A DNA stretch of 64,000 bases from Vitrella brassicaformis CCMP3155. Its lineage: Eukaryota; Protista; Chromerida. The DNA lies in the NCBI GenBank assembly GCA_001179505.1, contig CDMY01000482.1:4103-68102 (forward strand), read 5' to 3'. The number at the start of each line of letters is the position of its first letter. The first letter of the stretch is position 1. The translations under genes were made by a program, and so were the position numbers. Shown piece by piece: positions 10,695-22,499 of this stretch. A model generated the notes under the pieces. The model was given only the letters and a program-made list of their open reading frames with translations. It was not told the DNA's origin and made no database searches.

Positions 10695-13600
10695 ATGGGG
10701 CTCCACTGCGTCCTCGTCTGTGGGTCATCCGATGCCGAGCGGGTGCGGGGGGTTCGGAACGGGTTGCGGCGTCTGAAGAGAGACGGGGATGCGGCGCTCA
10801 AGAGGAAGGACCCCACCCAGGCCATCACTGCCTACTCACGAGTCATTGAAAAGGTCAGTCAGTTGACGACACGTATGTACGGTAGAGGGAGGGGTGTATG
10901 AGAGAGTCAAATTAATGTGGTTAACTTGTCGTGGGTCCGGTCCATGTGCGTTTAATTTGTGCAGATGCGTTGCAGTCAGGGTGACTGCGGATTGGGCAAG
11001 GAGGAATTCGAATGCCAGGCGGTCTACGTCGACAGGTAAGCACATACATACAGCCCAGCCAGTGCGGCTGGCTCCGCGATGTGTGTGACTCACACAGATC
11101 AGATCATGGGGGGTGCGTGTGTCACACAGGGCGTTGGCGCACCACAGGAACGGCGAGTACGACAAGGCGATTGCGGACGCCAACGAGGGCCTGCAGCTCA
11201 ACCCCAACTTCGCAAGGGGATTGAATACACACACTTCACACTACACACACATTGGTGCTCATGGAGGTGTGTGTCTGTGACTGTCGTGTGTGTGGTCTAG
11301 CTGTCTTTCAGGCGCATTTGCGTTTGGCGTTGGCTTACGAGGCAATGGGATGGCCTGACGTGGCCTACAAGCACCTGCCCAAGGTGTGCGAGATGGACCC
11401 CACGCGCAGAAGCAAGTAGGTGACATGATGACTGACACTGGGCAGGGGAAAGCGTGTTGTCTGTCTACTCTGATCATCTGTCTCTCCATGGCACTGTACA
11501 GGCACCAGGAGGACTTGGATCGGCTACTGCGTCACAAGCACTACTTGTCGCCCCTCGCCGCCCAGCTCCCCGCCCTCACAAACACCCACCCACACCAGTC
11601 CCCCCCACACCGGCAGGACGACACACAGACAAAGCACGCCCAGCTTCACGGTCACCAGCAGCAGCCAGAGCGTGACCCCCGGATCATGGAGCTGGAAAGA
11701 CAAGTCGCGTGAGAAACTGACACACATGAGCACAGGAACGAATTCATATGCCATCCATTTTGCGTATGTATCTGTGTGTTTGTGTTTGGTCCATGCCATG
11801 CAGCCACCTCAAGAGGACCAACTCCGCGCTGCAGCAGTCGATGTCGCGCGTCCGCATCGCCACACGCAACACAACGACGTAAGTCAACAACACGTCGAAG
11901 GGGCAAGGCACACACGATCATGTTGGCCGCACCGCGCACGCACTCACACGCACAAACGCACTGTAACGCAACGCACACAAAGGTCAGTAAGGTGCTCTCT
12001 CTCTCTCTGTGGTGTGGTGTGCGTTTGAGTGAGTGCAGCGGCAAGAGCAGTCCGTTCGTGGCGCTTGCGGCCTATGAAGACGCGGAGAGGGAGGCGCAGC
12101 GACTTCGCGAGGAGAAGCATGACACCAAGGACGCACTCCGGTGGGTACAGTGCAGTACACACGGCTTCGTTAGATATCTGTCTGTTTGTCTGTCTGTGCT
12201 GTTGTGTGTGTTGCGACAATGACGACTCGAGCAGGCGAGAGCAGCGAGCGGCTGCGGGAGTGCACCGAGCTTCTTGAAAGGCAATACAAGTATGTACGAA
12301 TCCATCCATCCATCCATTCATCCATCCATCCACACACACACACACACATGCATGTGTGTGCGCCTGCTTTCTGCTTTCTGCAGGCGCGCCGAGAAGCTCA
12401 GGAAGCGGCGCGACGAGCTCAAGAAGAAGCTCGACGAGGTCAAGAAGAAGCTCGACGAGGTCAAGAAGAAGCTCGACGAGGCCAAGTCGGAGGGCGAGCG
12501 GGAGAAGAAGAAGTCGGCCATCTACCTCACCAACCTCGCCAAGTCAGTCAGTTGATCAGTGATTGCACAGCACTGCACAGCACACAGACAGACACAGACA
12601 GAGAGACAGAGGTCCTGTCGATGCGATGCAATGCAATCCCATGTGTATGTATGTATGCTATTTATGTGTGCCATTCCTTGCTCGCTTCTTTGCTTGCTTG
12701 CTCGCTTGCTTGCTGCAGGCTGGATGTCAGGCACACCAACGTCCTGGCCGACCGTCAGGTGCAGTTCAAGTGTCTGCGGAAGAACAAGATGCTCCGCAGC
12801 GTCCAGGTGAGTAAGTGAGTGGGTGGCTGGCTGGCTTGGTTGGGTCAAGACAGACTCATATGTATATACTTGCTGACTCTATGCAACGCACACACCTGAC
12901 TGACTGACTGAGCTCTCTTGTCTTGTCGATCGATGTCATGTCCGTCAGACGCTGGTCGCGTCCAAGGCTCAGCTACAGCAGGATCTGGCCGACGAGAAGG
13001 CCATCCACGAGGACCTCTACGCCGCCGTCCGCCAGCAGTACTCGGCCTACGTCAAGGACGCCGAGAAGGAAATATGGCGCACCCGCGACGCATTGATGGC
13101 CACCGAAGAGTACCAGAGGCTCATGGTACGTGCAAAGTGCAGCCGCTGTGCAGATAACGAACGGAGAGAGGCTGTGCTGTGCTGTGCTGTGCTGTGCTAT
13201 GGTGCGGTGTGGTGCTGTGTGGTGTGTGTGGCGGCAGGCGGGCCTCGAGAAGAATGAGGACGGCCCAGAGTTTGTCGACTATCATGAGATGGTCCTGGCG
13301 CACCTGCTGAGCGTCTCGGGCGGCAGCCGTGTGCAGCTCGGTGTCGAGATCGAGGCAGAGCGCTTCAAGCGGGAAATGGCCGAGTGAGTGAGTGAGTCAG
13401 GGAGACAACAACCACACACCAAGACACGTAGGCATCGCATTTATTGGTTGTGGTGTGCTGTGTGTGGCCGTACGTGTCAGGCTTGAGGGCCGTGTGTATC
13501 GTGACGCCTTGTACTCCAAGGGTGTCGAGCTGTCTGCCGAAGCCGAGGCCAAGCTGCGTCAGGTCGAGGAGAGCGTCCTCGACGTCACGTGGGGCGCCGA

Positions 13601-13802
13601 GACTATCATCGACTATCTGATCATCGAGACAGTGGTACATCGTAGACGGTACACAGGGGTTCGTTATCTGTCTATGTCGTCTGTCTCCCTTCATTGTCTC
13701 TCTGTCGTCTCTCTCGTCCGTCTGCCACCGAACACTGCAGGTGCCGACTTGTTGAACAAAAAGCTGAAGAAGAGAAAGTGCTCGCTTCATCTCGACACAT
13801 AA
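10695..13802 (+). CDS. TPR-repeat plus coiled-coil protein, multi-exon; start uncertain
   Basis: TPR-like exons GDAALKRKDPTQAITAYSRVIE, ALAHHRNGEYDKAIADANEGLQLNPNFAKG and LRLALAYEAMG, followed by heptad-rich exons. Last exon GADLLNKKLKKRKCSLHLDT* ends at 13802. Confidence 0.7.
12412..12486 (+). repeat. 21-bp coding tandem repeat (about 3.5 units) encoding KKKLDEV heptads
   Basis: AAGAAGAAGCTCGACGAGGTC repeated in tandem inside a coiled-coil exon. Confidence 0.95.
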
Positions 13803-14552
13803 ATCTTGGACGAGACCCCCTTTGAGTCTCCGCTTCCATCGCCGTCCCCTTCGCCTATCCACACGCCCCCACTGCCACCGCTCACAGGGGCAGCAGCGAG
13901 CCGTTGGACGATCTGCTGCTCCCTGCTCCCCGCTCACCTTCTCACCAGGAGGCCGTCGTCTTCCAGACACCACACACATCGTTGTTGTGTGCTGTGCTTG
14001 GTGGCAGGGACGGTCCTCCTGTCGGATGCGTTCGGATGCTCTGGAGAGGCTGTTGGCCATCAGGCCATGCATGGCTGCCTACATTTTATATTCTATGCGT
14101 GTGTTTTCTTTAATGCTCTCCTGCCAGAGACATTGGGGTGTGTGGGGGTGACATGAATGCGCTGATCGACCCTAGCCAAAGACGTTCGTGTGCGTACGAT
14201 TCAACTCCATGGATGGACCATCAATCAACAATTCAAGACCATGCACAAGTACTCTTTAGACACATAATGCGCCGATCGATGCCCATCGTCGCGTGGATGG
14301 ATGGAGAAATATGCATCACAGACGGGGTGTGTGTGTGTGTGTGTGTATATCAAGTGAATGAATGGACCTCTATCTGTCTCCATGCTCGAACGATTTCGGT
14401 GCCATGCATGTAGCGTACGTATCCCGAGAGGCACTCTCTCCGTCCGTCCATTCACTTGTGCGAGTCAGACAGTCAGTCAGTCAGTCACATCCATCGGCAC
14501 GCCATCGCAACACGCACTCCGGTTGGCATGGTTGGACGCGTCTGAAGGTCAT

Positions 14553-14670
14553 GCCGTCTCTGCCCCGTCATGCCATCTCTGCCCCGTATCGGGCATTCTG
14601 CCTATGCCTGCTCGTGCCGTCTCTGCCCCATGTCGGGCATTCTGCCTATGCCTGCTCGGGCCGTCCCGGG
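14553..14670. repeat. Imperfect tandem repeat built from GCCGTCTCTGCCCC and TCGGGCATTCTGCCTATGCCTGCTCG units
   Basis: Two near-exact copies of TCGGGCATTCTGCCTATGCCTGCTCG and three TCTCTGCCCC-containing units are visible. Confidence 0.85.
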
Positions 14671-14794
14671 CAGAAATGTGCGGCGACGGATCCTCCGAGA
14701 GAAGCGGCGAGGCGAGGGAGGACTGGGATTCGCTATATGCCAAGCTGGACCGACTCTCACTGCTGCTGCTATTGCTGGACGAGACTGAGGAGTC

Positions 14795-15698
14795 TTGGGA
14801 GGGGCGAGTTGGGATGCTTTGGCGCGTGTGGGTGATGCAGTGGGTGTCTGGAAGGACGAGGCGGAGGGGCTGGCGCCTGCCGATATCGGCTGGCCGCTCA
14901 ATTGCTCCTTTTCGAAACCTGACAAGAGAGAGAACAAAACTTTGTGGGTTTTTGCCTTTGCTGAGGGCATCGCATCGACGGGCCAGACGTCTGCTTACGT
15001 ATCAAGAGGTTCTTCAGTTGGTCCGGTGTCGTCTGACTTGCGACGTACAGGGCGTCAGAGCACAACTGGGACATCTGCAATGCAATCAGCACAGACAGCA
15101 ACAGAGAGCGCCGCATTGCATTGCAGCCATCATAAGTAACCAATACGTCTTGTTTGATCGCTTGCAATGCCATCCCGTGTCAGTGCGTGTTGAATGTTCT
15201 TACCTCCATGTCACACTGGCTCCGAGTGGAGAAGTCTGCTCTTCTCGAGCGATCCCATGGCTGGAATAGGGGAGATACTGTCTCTTTTGTGAGGCAATCG
15301 GGTGGTGAATCACTGATGCACACAGGGAAGGCCGCGCGCACAAGAGACGCCGAGATGCCTTGGGCAATTTGGCCTTGGGGGCGTGGGGGCGTCTCCGGGG
15401 GCGCGTCGCGACTTTTTTGTGATCTGCTTGTCCTTAGGCATTGTTTGAAGGAGAGCACGGACAACCGGCACGGCCAGCAGTGAGCCGCAGCCACCAACCC
15501 CCCTGCTTCGCCCTTCCAGACGCCACACGCATCGCCAAGTCGCCCATCAGCACACCAGTTCACACACCCCCCAAGACACACTCCGCTCCCAACCCAACAG
15601 TCAGACGTCCGCATGGGCGTGACTGAGGTAGCCGCACCGACACTTCTGCGCGAGTTTCTGCACTTTGCACTGAGACGGGGCAACCAGCGATGAAACAC
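14795..15698. pseudogene. Two convergent, mutually homologous short coding-like fragments (GDAxGVWKxEAxGL motif); gene or relic
   Basis: Plus-strand VGDAVGVWKDEAEGLAPADIGWP (about 14828-14900) and minus-strand LGDACGVWKGEAGGLVAAAHCWP (about 15540-15470). I could not build a complete gene model. Confidence 0.35.
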
Positions 15699-16572
15699 AG
15701 CGCTTCATGAAGGACCTGGCCGAGTGAGCTCGAGCTCCTGACACACGCAGAGACTCGCACATTGACCAATACACGAGTTGCATTGTGGTGTGGTCTGGTG
15801 TGGTGTGGTGGTATCTGTGGTGGCAGGTTGGAGTTAGGCGTGTACCGCGAAGTCTTGCAGAGCCACAAGGTGGGTGAGTGAGGTGCTCCAAGTGCAACCC
15901 ATTATAGCCAAAGGCGAGTGGATGTGTCTCAGGCGGGTGACGAGTACCACAACTGTCTGTCCTTCTCTGAGGAGGCGAGGGAGAAACTCGATGCGCTGCA
16001 GGAGAACATCTACGGTGTCGGCCAGACCGCCACGGCCGCACAAGTGCAGCTGGCAGCCAAGGACAACACTATATGTGAGTAACCCACTGTCTGGCGTGCA
16101 TGTGATGTCCGGTGCTGTTTGTGTATATTCAGCGGCCCTTGGGCAGGAGGCGAACAAAGGAGGTGACAAGCGGGTGCTCGTAAGGAGGGCGCAGCCACCC
16201 GCCCTTCATCAGCAAGAGCAGATGGGAGACCCTGCCTTGATTTTTTATGCGAGCTCCTGCCGAGACATGGATGGACTGCAATGGATGACTTGAATAAGTA
16301 AATGGATGGCGTTGACAGCTTGGCCTTCTGTGTGCATGGATGCGGTGCAATCACAGTGTGGAGTGGACGTGCAGGGGTGGGTGGGTGGGTTGATGAATGA
16401 TTCAACTAGGGATGGCCATCCATCAACAAGGTGGGCAAGTCCACCCCATCACATACATACACACATACACAACATACATACAACACAGTACCTTATACAC
16501 ATGTATTCTGCTGATGCACATCGCGTGTATGGATAAATGGATGGAGGCACATGCATCGAATCACCCGCCCGC

Positions 16573-19500
16573 CTAGCCCTCCACCTCTCGCATGAGTCTC
16601 TCTACCTCGCCCTCCACCCGCAGTCTCTGCCAGAACACCCCCTCCAGCACCAACAACCCTCCATCCTCTCTCTTCGCCTTGACCACATGCCGCAGCCGAC
16701 CCTCCACACACATGTGCGCCACAGGGGCGGGCGGCACCCGCACAAACTCCCGCAAATGCGATACCGCCCCGCTTCCAGTGTCCCTGCTGTATGCCTCGTG
16801 GCGATTGCCGTGCCCCGCTGCCAGGGCGTCGTAGATGGCCACCTCACCACCCATGGCAATGGTGTCCTTGGCCGCATCCAGCAGACACGTCGACAAAGAG
16901 GGGCTCTCACCCTGTGGCTGCCGTTTCTGCTGATGGCTGCTCCCCGACCCACCGGCAGCAGCAGCGGTCTTGCTGCTGGTGTTGCTGCTGGTGTCGGTCG
17001 TCTTGTGTCTTTTCACGGCCGGTGCAGGCGGGTCGGGAGGCGGCGGGGGCGCGTAGGTCAGCAGCGTCAATACGGCATCGTTGTGGAGGAGCAGGGGCAG
17101 GGTGACGCCTGATGCACTGTCCTCGAATATGCCGAGAAGGGTGAGTGCGGGGCATGGGGACACCTGCATGTTGGTCGTTGTGGTGCAGCCACCACTGCAC
17201 GAGTAGGGGAGGGGCTGCTGGGTGGTGAGGAGCCTCGCGCCGCACAGGGGACACACCGCACTAACCCTGAGAGACGACATACGCCACAACACGAGTCACA
17301 CATCTCTCTCCTACCTCGTGTCATGTTCTTCTTTCGGACCTACCTGACGGTTAGTGTGGCGATGAGCGACCCGACGAACAGGCGCACCTCACTCTCATTG
17401 AGCGGACAGCGCGCCAGCGTCTGAGGTGCCGTCAGACCCGCCAAAGGCACACCGCCCGACAGCTTGGCCATCTCCCACACGCACCAAAGCCTCCCTTGCT
17501 CCTCGCTTGTCAGCACGGCCTTCTCGCCCCCACACACTAGCTGACCCGCAGCACCCCCGCCCGCATGCTTTCTGGCTATGAGGCCCGTTGGGGCCATGAC
17601 GTATCGATGGCGGTAGTAGCCGGGGTCGACTCGAAACACCGACGGACATGCGGCTGTCGCGTCCGCACCCGCATCATCTGGCTCCGTCCACCCCCGGGCA
17701 ATCGCCTCAGTTCGTGAGGAGACCCCCAGTGCGGTGTGCCACACACACGGCGGCTTGTATGAGAGGCCACTGGCAGCGCGGGGTGAGTAAGTGATGCGGC
17801 CGACCAGGTTGAGATGCCGCTTGTAGTCGTCTTCTCTCATCCCCCCTTGTCGCTGCAGCCAGTCGACCACGAAGCCGGGCAGGTCGCGCGTGAAGGACGA
17901 TGCAGGGGGGGCGGAAGGGGCCTCGGGGTTGGGCAGAGTGTAGAAGCGGATCTTGGGGGTAGGGGCGTGCTGTTGCCTTGTGGGGGTAGTGGTGGTGATG
18001 TGGCGCCAGGCAGCGAGGGAACGGAAGTCCCATATCTGCCCCGGCTGGATGAGGGAGAAGCGACCGAAGTGCGCCGATGGCACCCAGACGTCCAGCCAGC
18101 CGACCCCCAGCACCGATCGGCTCTCAGGGAACGCAACCCTGCCAACAGACAGACAGGAGGAGGATCCACGCCACGATGAGCAACAACGCAGACACACTGG
18201 CCGATTTGGTTCTGTGTGAAAGGTCACCTGATGATGAGACAGGGGGTCGATGTGGCTGCGTCCAGTCCATCCTCATTCTCATCGGCGAGCCGCACCACCA
18301 TGACATCGACCACCATACACCCCTCCAAGCTCACCTCGGTGAACCGACCCGTGGGCACCCTCTCCACCACCTCATGCACAGCAGACACGCTCCCCACCAC
18401 CAGCGGCGCGTAGCCGTCCAGATACTCGCGCGCCGCCATGTCCGCCAGCCGGTAGAGCAGGGATCTCGTGAAGGTGCCATTGTAGCGGTTGTCTCCACTG
18501 CCGATTGTGAGCTGTAGATGCGGCGTGCAGAGCAATGGACACTGCGGCTGGTTGCTGGTGGGGGGCAGGGGGATGGGCAGCGGGACCATGAAGGCGCCAT
18601 TCATGGGGATGTCGGGCAGCATGGTGCTGAGGTGCAGCTGCATCGAGATGCGGGATGGGGAGAGAGAGGGTGAGGGTGAGGGTTGCTCGTTGTCGGTCCA
18701 TGCGAGCACACAGAAGCACGGCGGCTGTGTGGCCCAATAGATGTGCACGGGCACATCCGTCGCCTCCCGGCCGCTCCACACATGACCCTGCCCCCTCTCC
18801 ACATCAGCACTGGTCAGCCGCTGGAACACGATGACAGTCCGGCCGTCCCCCTCTCCGTGCGCCTCATCCGCCCAGCACTCCTTGTGCGTCACGAACAGCA
18901 GAACTCCGCGCATCTCCGTGTCTGGCAGCTCGAGACTCTCCTTGCCGGCTGCCATGAACGTGACGGCATCTGGTTGCGCGACCAGTCCGAGAACGCCGCT
19001 GAGGGGCCACCATGTGCCGCTCTTGTGCGTGACGGCGGGGCTGGTGGGTGGGCGGGGAGGGGCCGGGACTGCCATGACGACGCTGCACTTGTCCAGCTGA
19101 ATGGCCACGGGGGGCGGCCATGTGGATCCTGGCTGCTGGTCGCCCGGTGCTGACTTCTCTCTGCCAGCACCGACAGCGGCAGCGGCAGCAGCCGCCCCGG
19201 TCTCCGTCTGCTCATCTTCCTGCAGAGCGGACTCCCCTCCGACCTTCACGCCGCCTGCCAAGGGATCTCGTCGCATACGCCGGATCCCCGACTGACCCCA
19301 GGGGACCAGTGGCGGCCTGCCATCGAAGAACAGATCCACCACGTTAACACCAGAACCACCATCAGAGAGGACCAGGGGCGTCGTCATCGAGCTGTCGCTG
19401 AGGAAAGTGACCTTGCCGCTGAGACCGCCACGCCAGTCGTGCTGGACCACTAGCACACTCTCGGGCGCGCCGTCCCGGCCATCTCCTTTCTCGGTGATCC

Positions 19501-22084
19501 GCACTTGCCGGTCTTGCGCTGGCTGCATGACGCCACCGACGCCGCGCATGCCGTCGACAAAACACAGGGCCATGCTCTTGCGCTCCATGGTGACGGCCGC
19601 TGACCGCTGCAAATGAATGGACTGCCGGGGGAGGGGCCTGTCCATGAACAGGGGGCCGTCGGAGGCTGGGTCATGCCGTGTCACGGTGATGAACATGCCC
19701 GATGGCTGTCGGTGCTCTGGTGGAGGGGTGGGTGGCTGTGAGGGGGGGCTGGGGAGCTTGAGAGTGAGGTGTGAGTTGGGGGCCATCTTGACGAGCAAGG
19801 AGTCGCTGACGTCGGCGAGGCACGGCCACCGGTACGGCACGGCGTGGGTGAGGGGCGGAGATGAGGATGGTGCGACCACTTCAACATCCATGTCCCCTGC
19901 TGCCGCCTTGACGCGCCCATGGGCCTCCCTCAGGCTCTCCATGCACACGGGCGCCGCCCCGGCATCCTCATGCAGGCTCCCAAGCGCCTCGACAACCGCC
20001 CCCGCCCTCCCCCTCTGCCTCAGTGCCATCACCAGCCGAGCGATCGAGCTGACCAGCACATCTATCTCGGTCATCAGGGGCATCTCCCAGATGTCCGATC
20101 CAAGCATGGGGCAGCACGGGTCCGCGGGGCACTGGTGCGTCAGCATGGACCGGTGAGAGAAGGGCGGGGGCGGGCTGAGGCAAGAGTTGACGATGCGGTC
20201 GACCAGGGGCTTGGCGAGATCGGCTGGTGTGGCGCCCATGGCGCGAATAAAGCGGGGCGGGAGTTTGCGTGTCCAGTCGAGTGCGAGGGAGAAGTGCAGC
20301 CAGCAGATGTTGGATGGGCAGGGGGGCGGCTCGTCGTGGCTGGTGGAGCCCGGAGTGTGGGGCAGCAGCTGGAAGCAGAGGGCTGCCTCCCCGCCGGCCG
20401 GCGCTTCTGTCGTCCGATCGGTGTGGTCGACGAGCAGCGTGCTGAGCGGGCAGAGGGCCACCGCATACTCCACCCGACTAGAACGGCCTGTGTGAAAGGA
20501 TAGCAGTCGGGCACCATGCTGTGTTCAAAGATGAGAGCTCTCCTCTCTCTGTGTTGACTCACCTGGCATCGCTTTGGTGATGAGGTGAGCGCCGTGGACG
20601 GTGAGTTTGGTTCCCCTCTTGAGGATGGTGCCGTGCAGCGTCTCGGATGCCCCCCACTGGTGCAGGAACAGTCGCATCCCGCCTGCCAACATATAGGCGC
20701 CCCATCCAAGGTAGCCATCGACAACCACGCCGCTGCACGAGTGCAGCTCGCTCGGCGGCAGAGCGACAGGTCCATCCCCCTCCATGATACACTCCCCCTC
20801 CCCCTCCCCCCCTTCGTTCTGCGGCTGCGCAGGAGCACCGGGCCACTGTGAGAACGCCATCATGATGCCCATCGATAGCGTCATGTGCGGCACGGAACCC
20901 ACAAAGGCTCTCGCGGCGTTCATGGGCGTGGCCGCTGCACCCAAAGACGACTGAAATATCGACGCATTCGGCGCTCCAGAAGCCGCGGGGAGCGGAGAGA
21001 GCACATCGACGATTGGCGGGGGGTTGCGGAGTCCGTCATCCGTGGAATCGATGTCGGCATTCTCGGCAAGGCGATAGCAAGTGGTGTGGGGGGTCGAGTG
21101 GTAGATGGAGTAACGGTGGCCGTCGTCCCCCTGGTCGAGCGTCATCATCTTGGGCACCAGATGGGTCGTGGCATAGCGGCCGCTCCCGGGTGTCAGCACA
21201 TACCGCCACTGCAGGCTCCGAGTGCCCAGAAACAGCACCGTCGCGCGACTCGACACGTCATCAGGGCCGCGGGGGTGCCGCAGACGCACACAGACGACGT
21301 ATGAGAGCCGCTCGCCGTCCGTCTTGTCAATGGACGTCTTGAGCTTCAGCACAGGGCCCACACTGATGACCTCCCCACACAGACTGGCACTGGCCGCCTC
21401 GCCGGCTGACAAGGGCGGGAGGGGTGTGTCTGGCAGACACACGAGCGGAAGACACTGGGATGCGTCGAGATGCAGGAAGCCCTCAGCACGCCCCTCGGTC
21501 ACCTTCCGCAATGCCCGCCGCACCACTGATCTCGCCACCCGCTTGGTGTAGCTCTGCAGTGGGTGATAGACGGCCGCCCCCACAGGCACCAGAATGGGCA
21601 CACCGAACAGAGAGCGGTCAAAACGCCCAGCGATCTCCACAATGAAGGACTGTGGCGTAAGCTCCGCCTTGCCGTCTATGCCGTCGTCACTGCCATGGTA
21701 ATCCACCGTGAAGACAGCTCTCGCTGGCCCCTCTGATGCCCTTCCGCCAGATGATGTGGATCTCATTGTGGCGGACGTCTCGATGCTCAGAGTGCCCACG
21801 AGGAAGCATCGCTCGTCGAAGTTCGTTTGCGGCTCTTGCCTCGGTGTGAGATCCAGGGCATCGGTCGCTGTCAGGAGGGCCGGTTTGACAAGCCCCGGCA
21901 TGCGCCTGCACTTGCGGCATCTATCCTTGAAGATGGCCGAGGCCGTGTTGTTCCACGAGTGCTCGCGGGAAGCCAGGGCACCCCTGAGACCGCTGAGGAA
22001 GGCCTTTTCCTGGTCGGATATGCAGAAGGTCCTGTCAGGATCATCTGAGATCAGTGGCGGGATGGCCTGTGTTTCATCCTCCAT
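16573..22084 (-). CDS. CTC1: Candidate CST complex subunit CTC1 (multi-OB-fold ssDNA/telomere protein), 4 coding exons, roughly 1750 aa
   Basis: Exons 22084-20563, 20487-about 18230, about 18140-17345 and about 17270-16573 join in frame. Segments resemble human CTC1 as recalled by eye: GEVISVGPVL...VLFLG...QWRYVLTPG...YATTHL; SCSGVV...GAYMLAGGMRLFL...LKRGTKLTVHGAHLI; LDVWV...LIQPGQIWDFRSL; CPLC...C...C then LLGIFEDSASG...LHNDAVLTLL. No database search was run. Confidence 0.72.
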
Positions 22085-22499
22085 CGACTCTCAAAACCTG
22101 AAGGAAGAAAACACGAGGATTCAGGCCAGATTCTGATGATTGCGAGTCTTACCTGCGATGCAAGCATGGCATCAGCCACTGGGTGCTGTCGGTCTCTTTG
22201 ATGAGGACACACAACAAAGATGAGTCCATTGGTGTGTGCAAGTGTCGTTATTCTCTCTGCACTCACCCTCTCGTCCCTTTGGTGGCAGCGGCGATGCGAT
22301 GGCGAAGAAGTTGGGCTTCTGATCCTAATTCAAGCATGGTATCACAACGAGATCTATCATCTGCTCCTTTTCCATCTTTGCGAGCTGATCGAACTGATGA
22401 GATTTCGGCGACAATTGCACGCATCAGGTACGCCAGAAGCTCAGATTGTACCGATACGGCTGCAGAATACATTGCTTCTCTCGCTGTGTGTCTTCCAGG

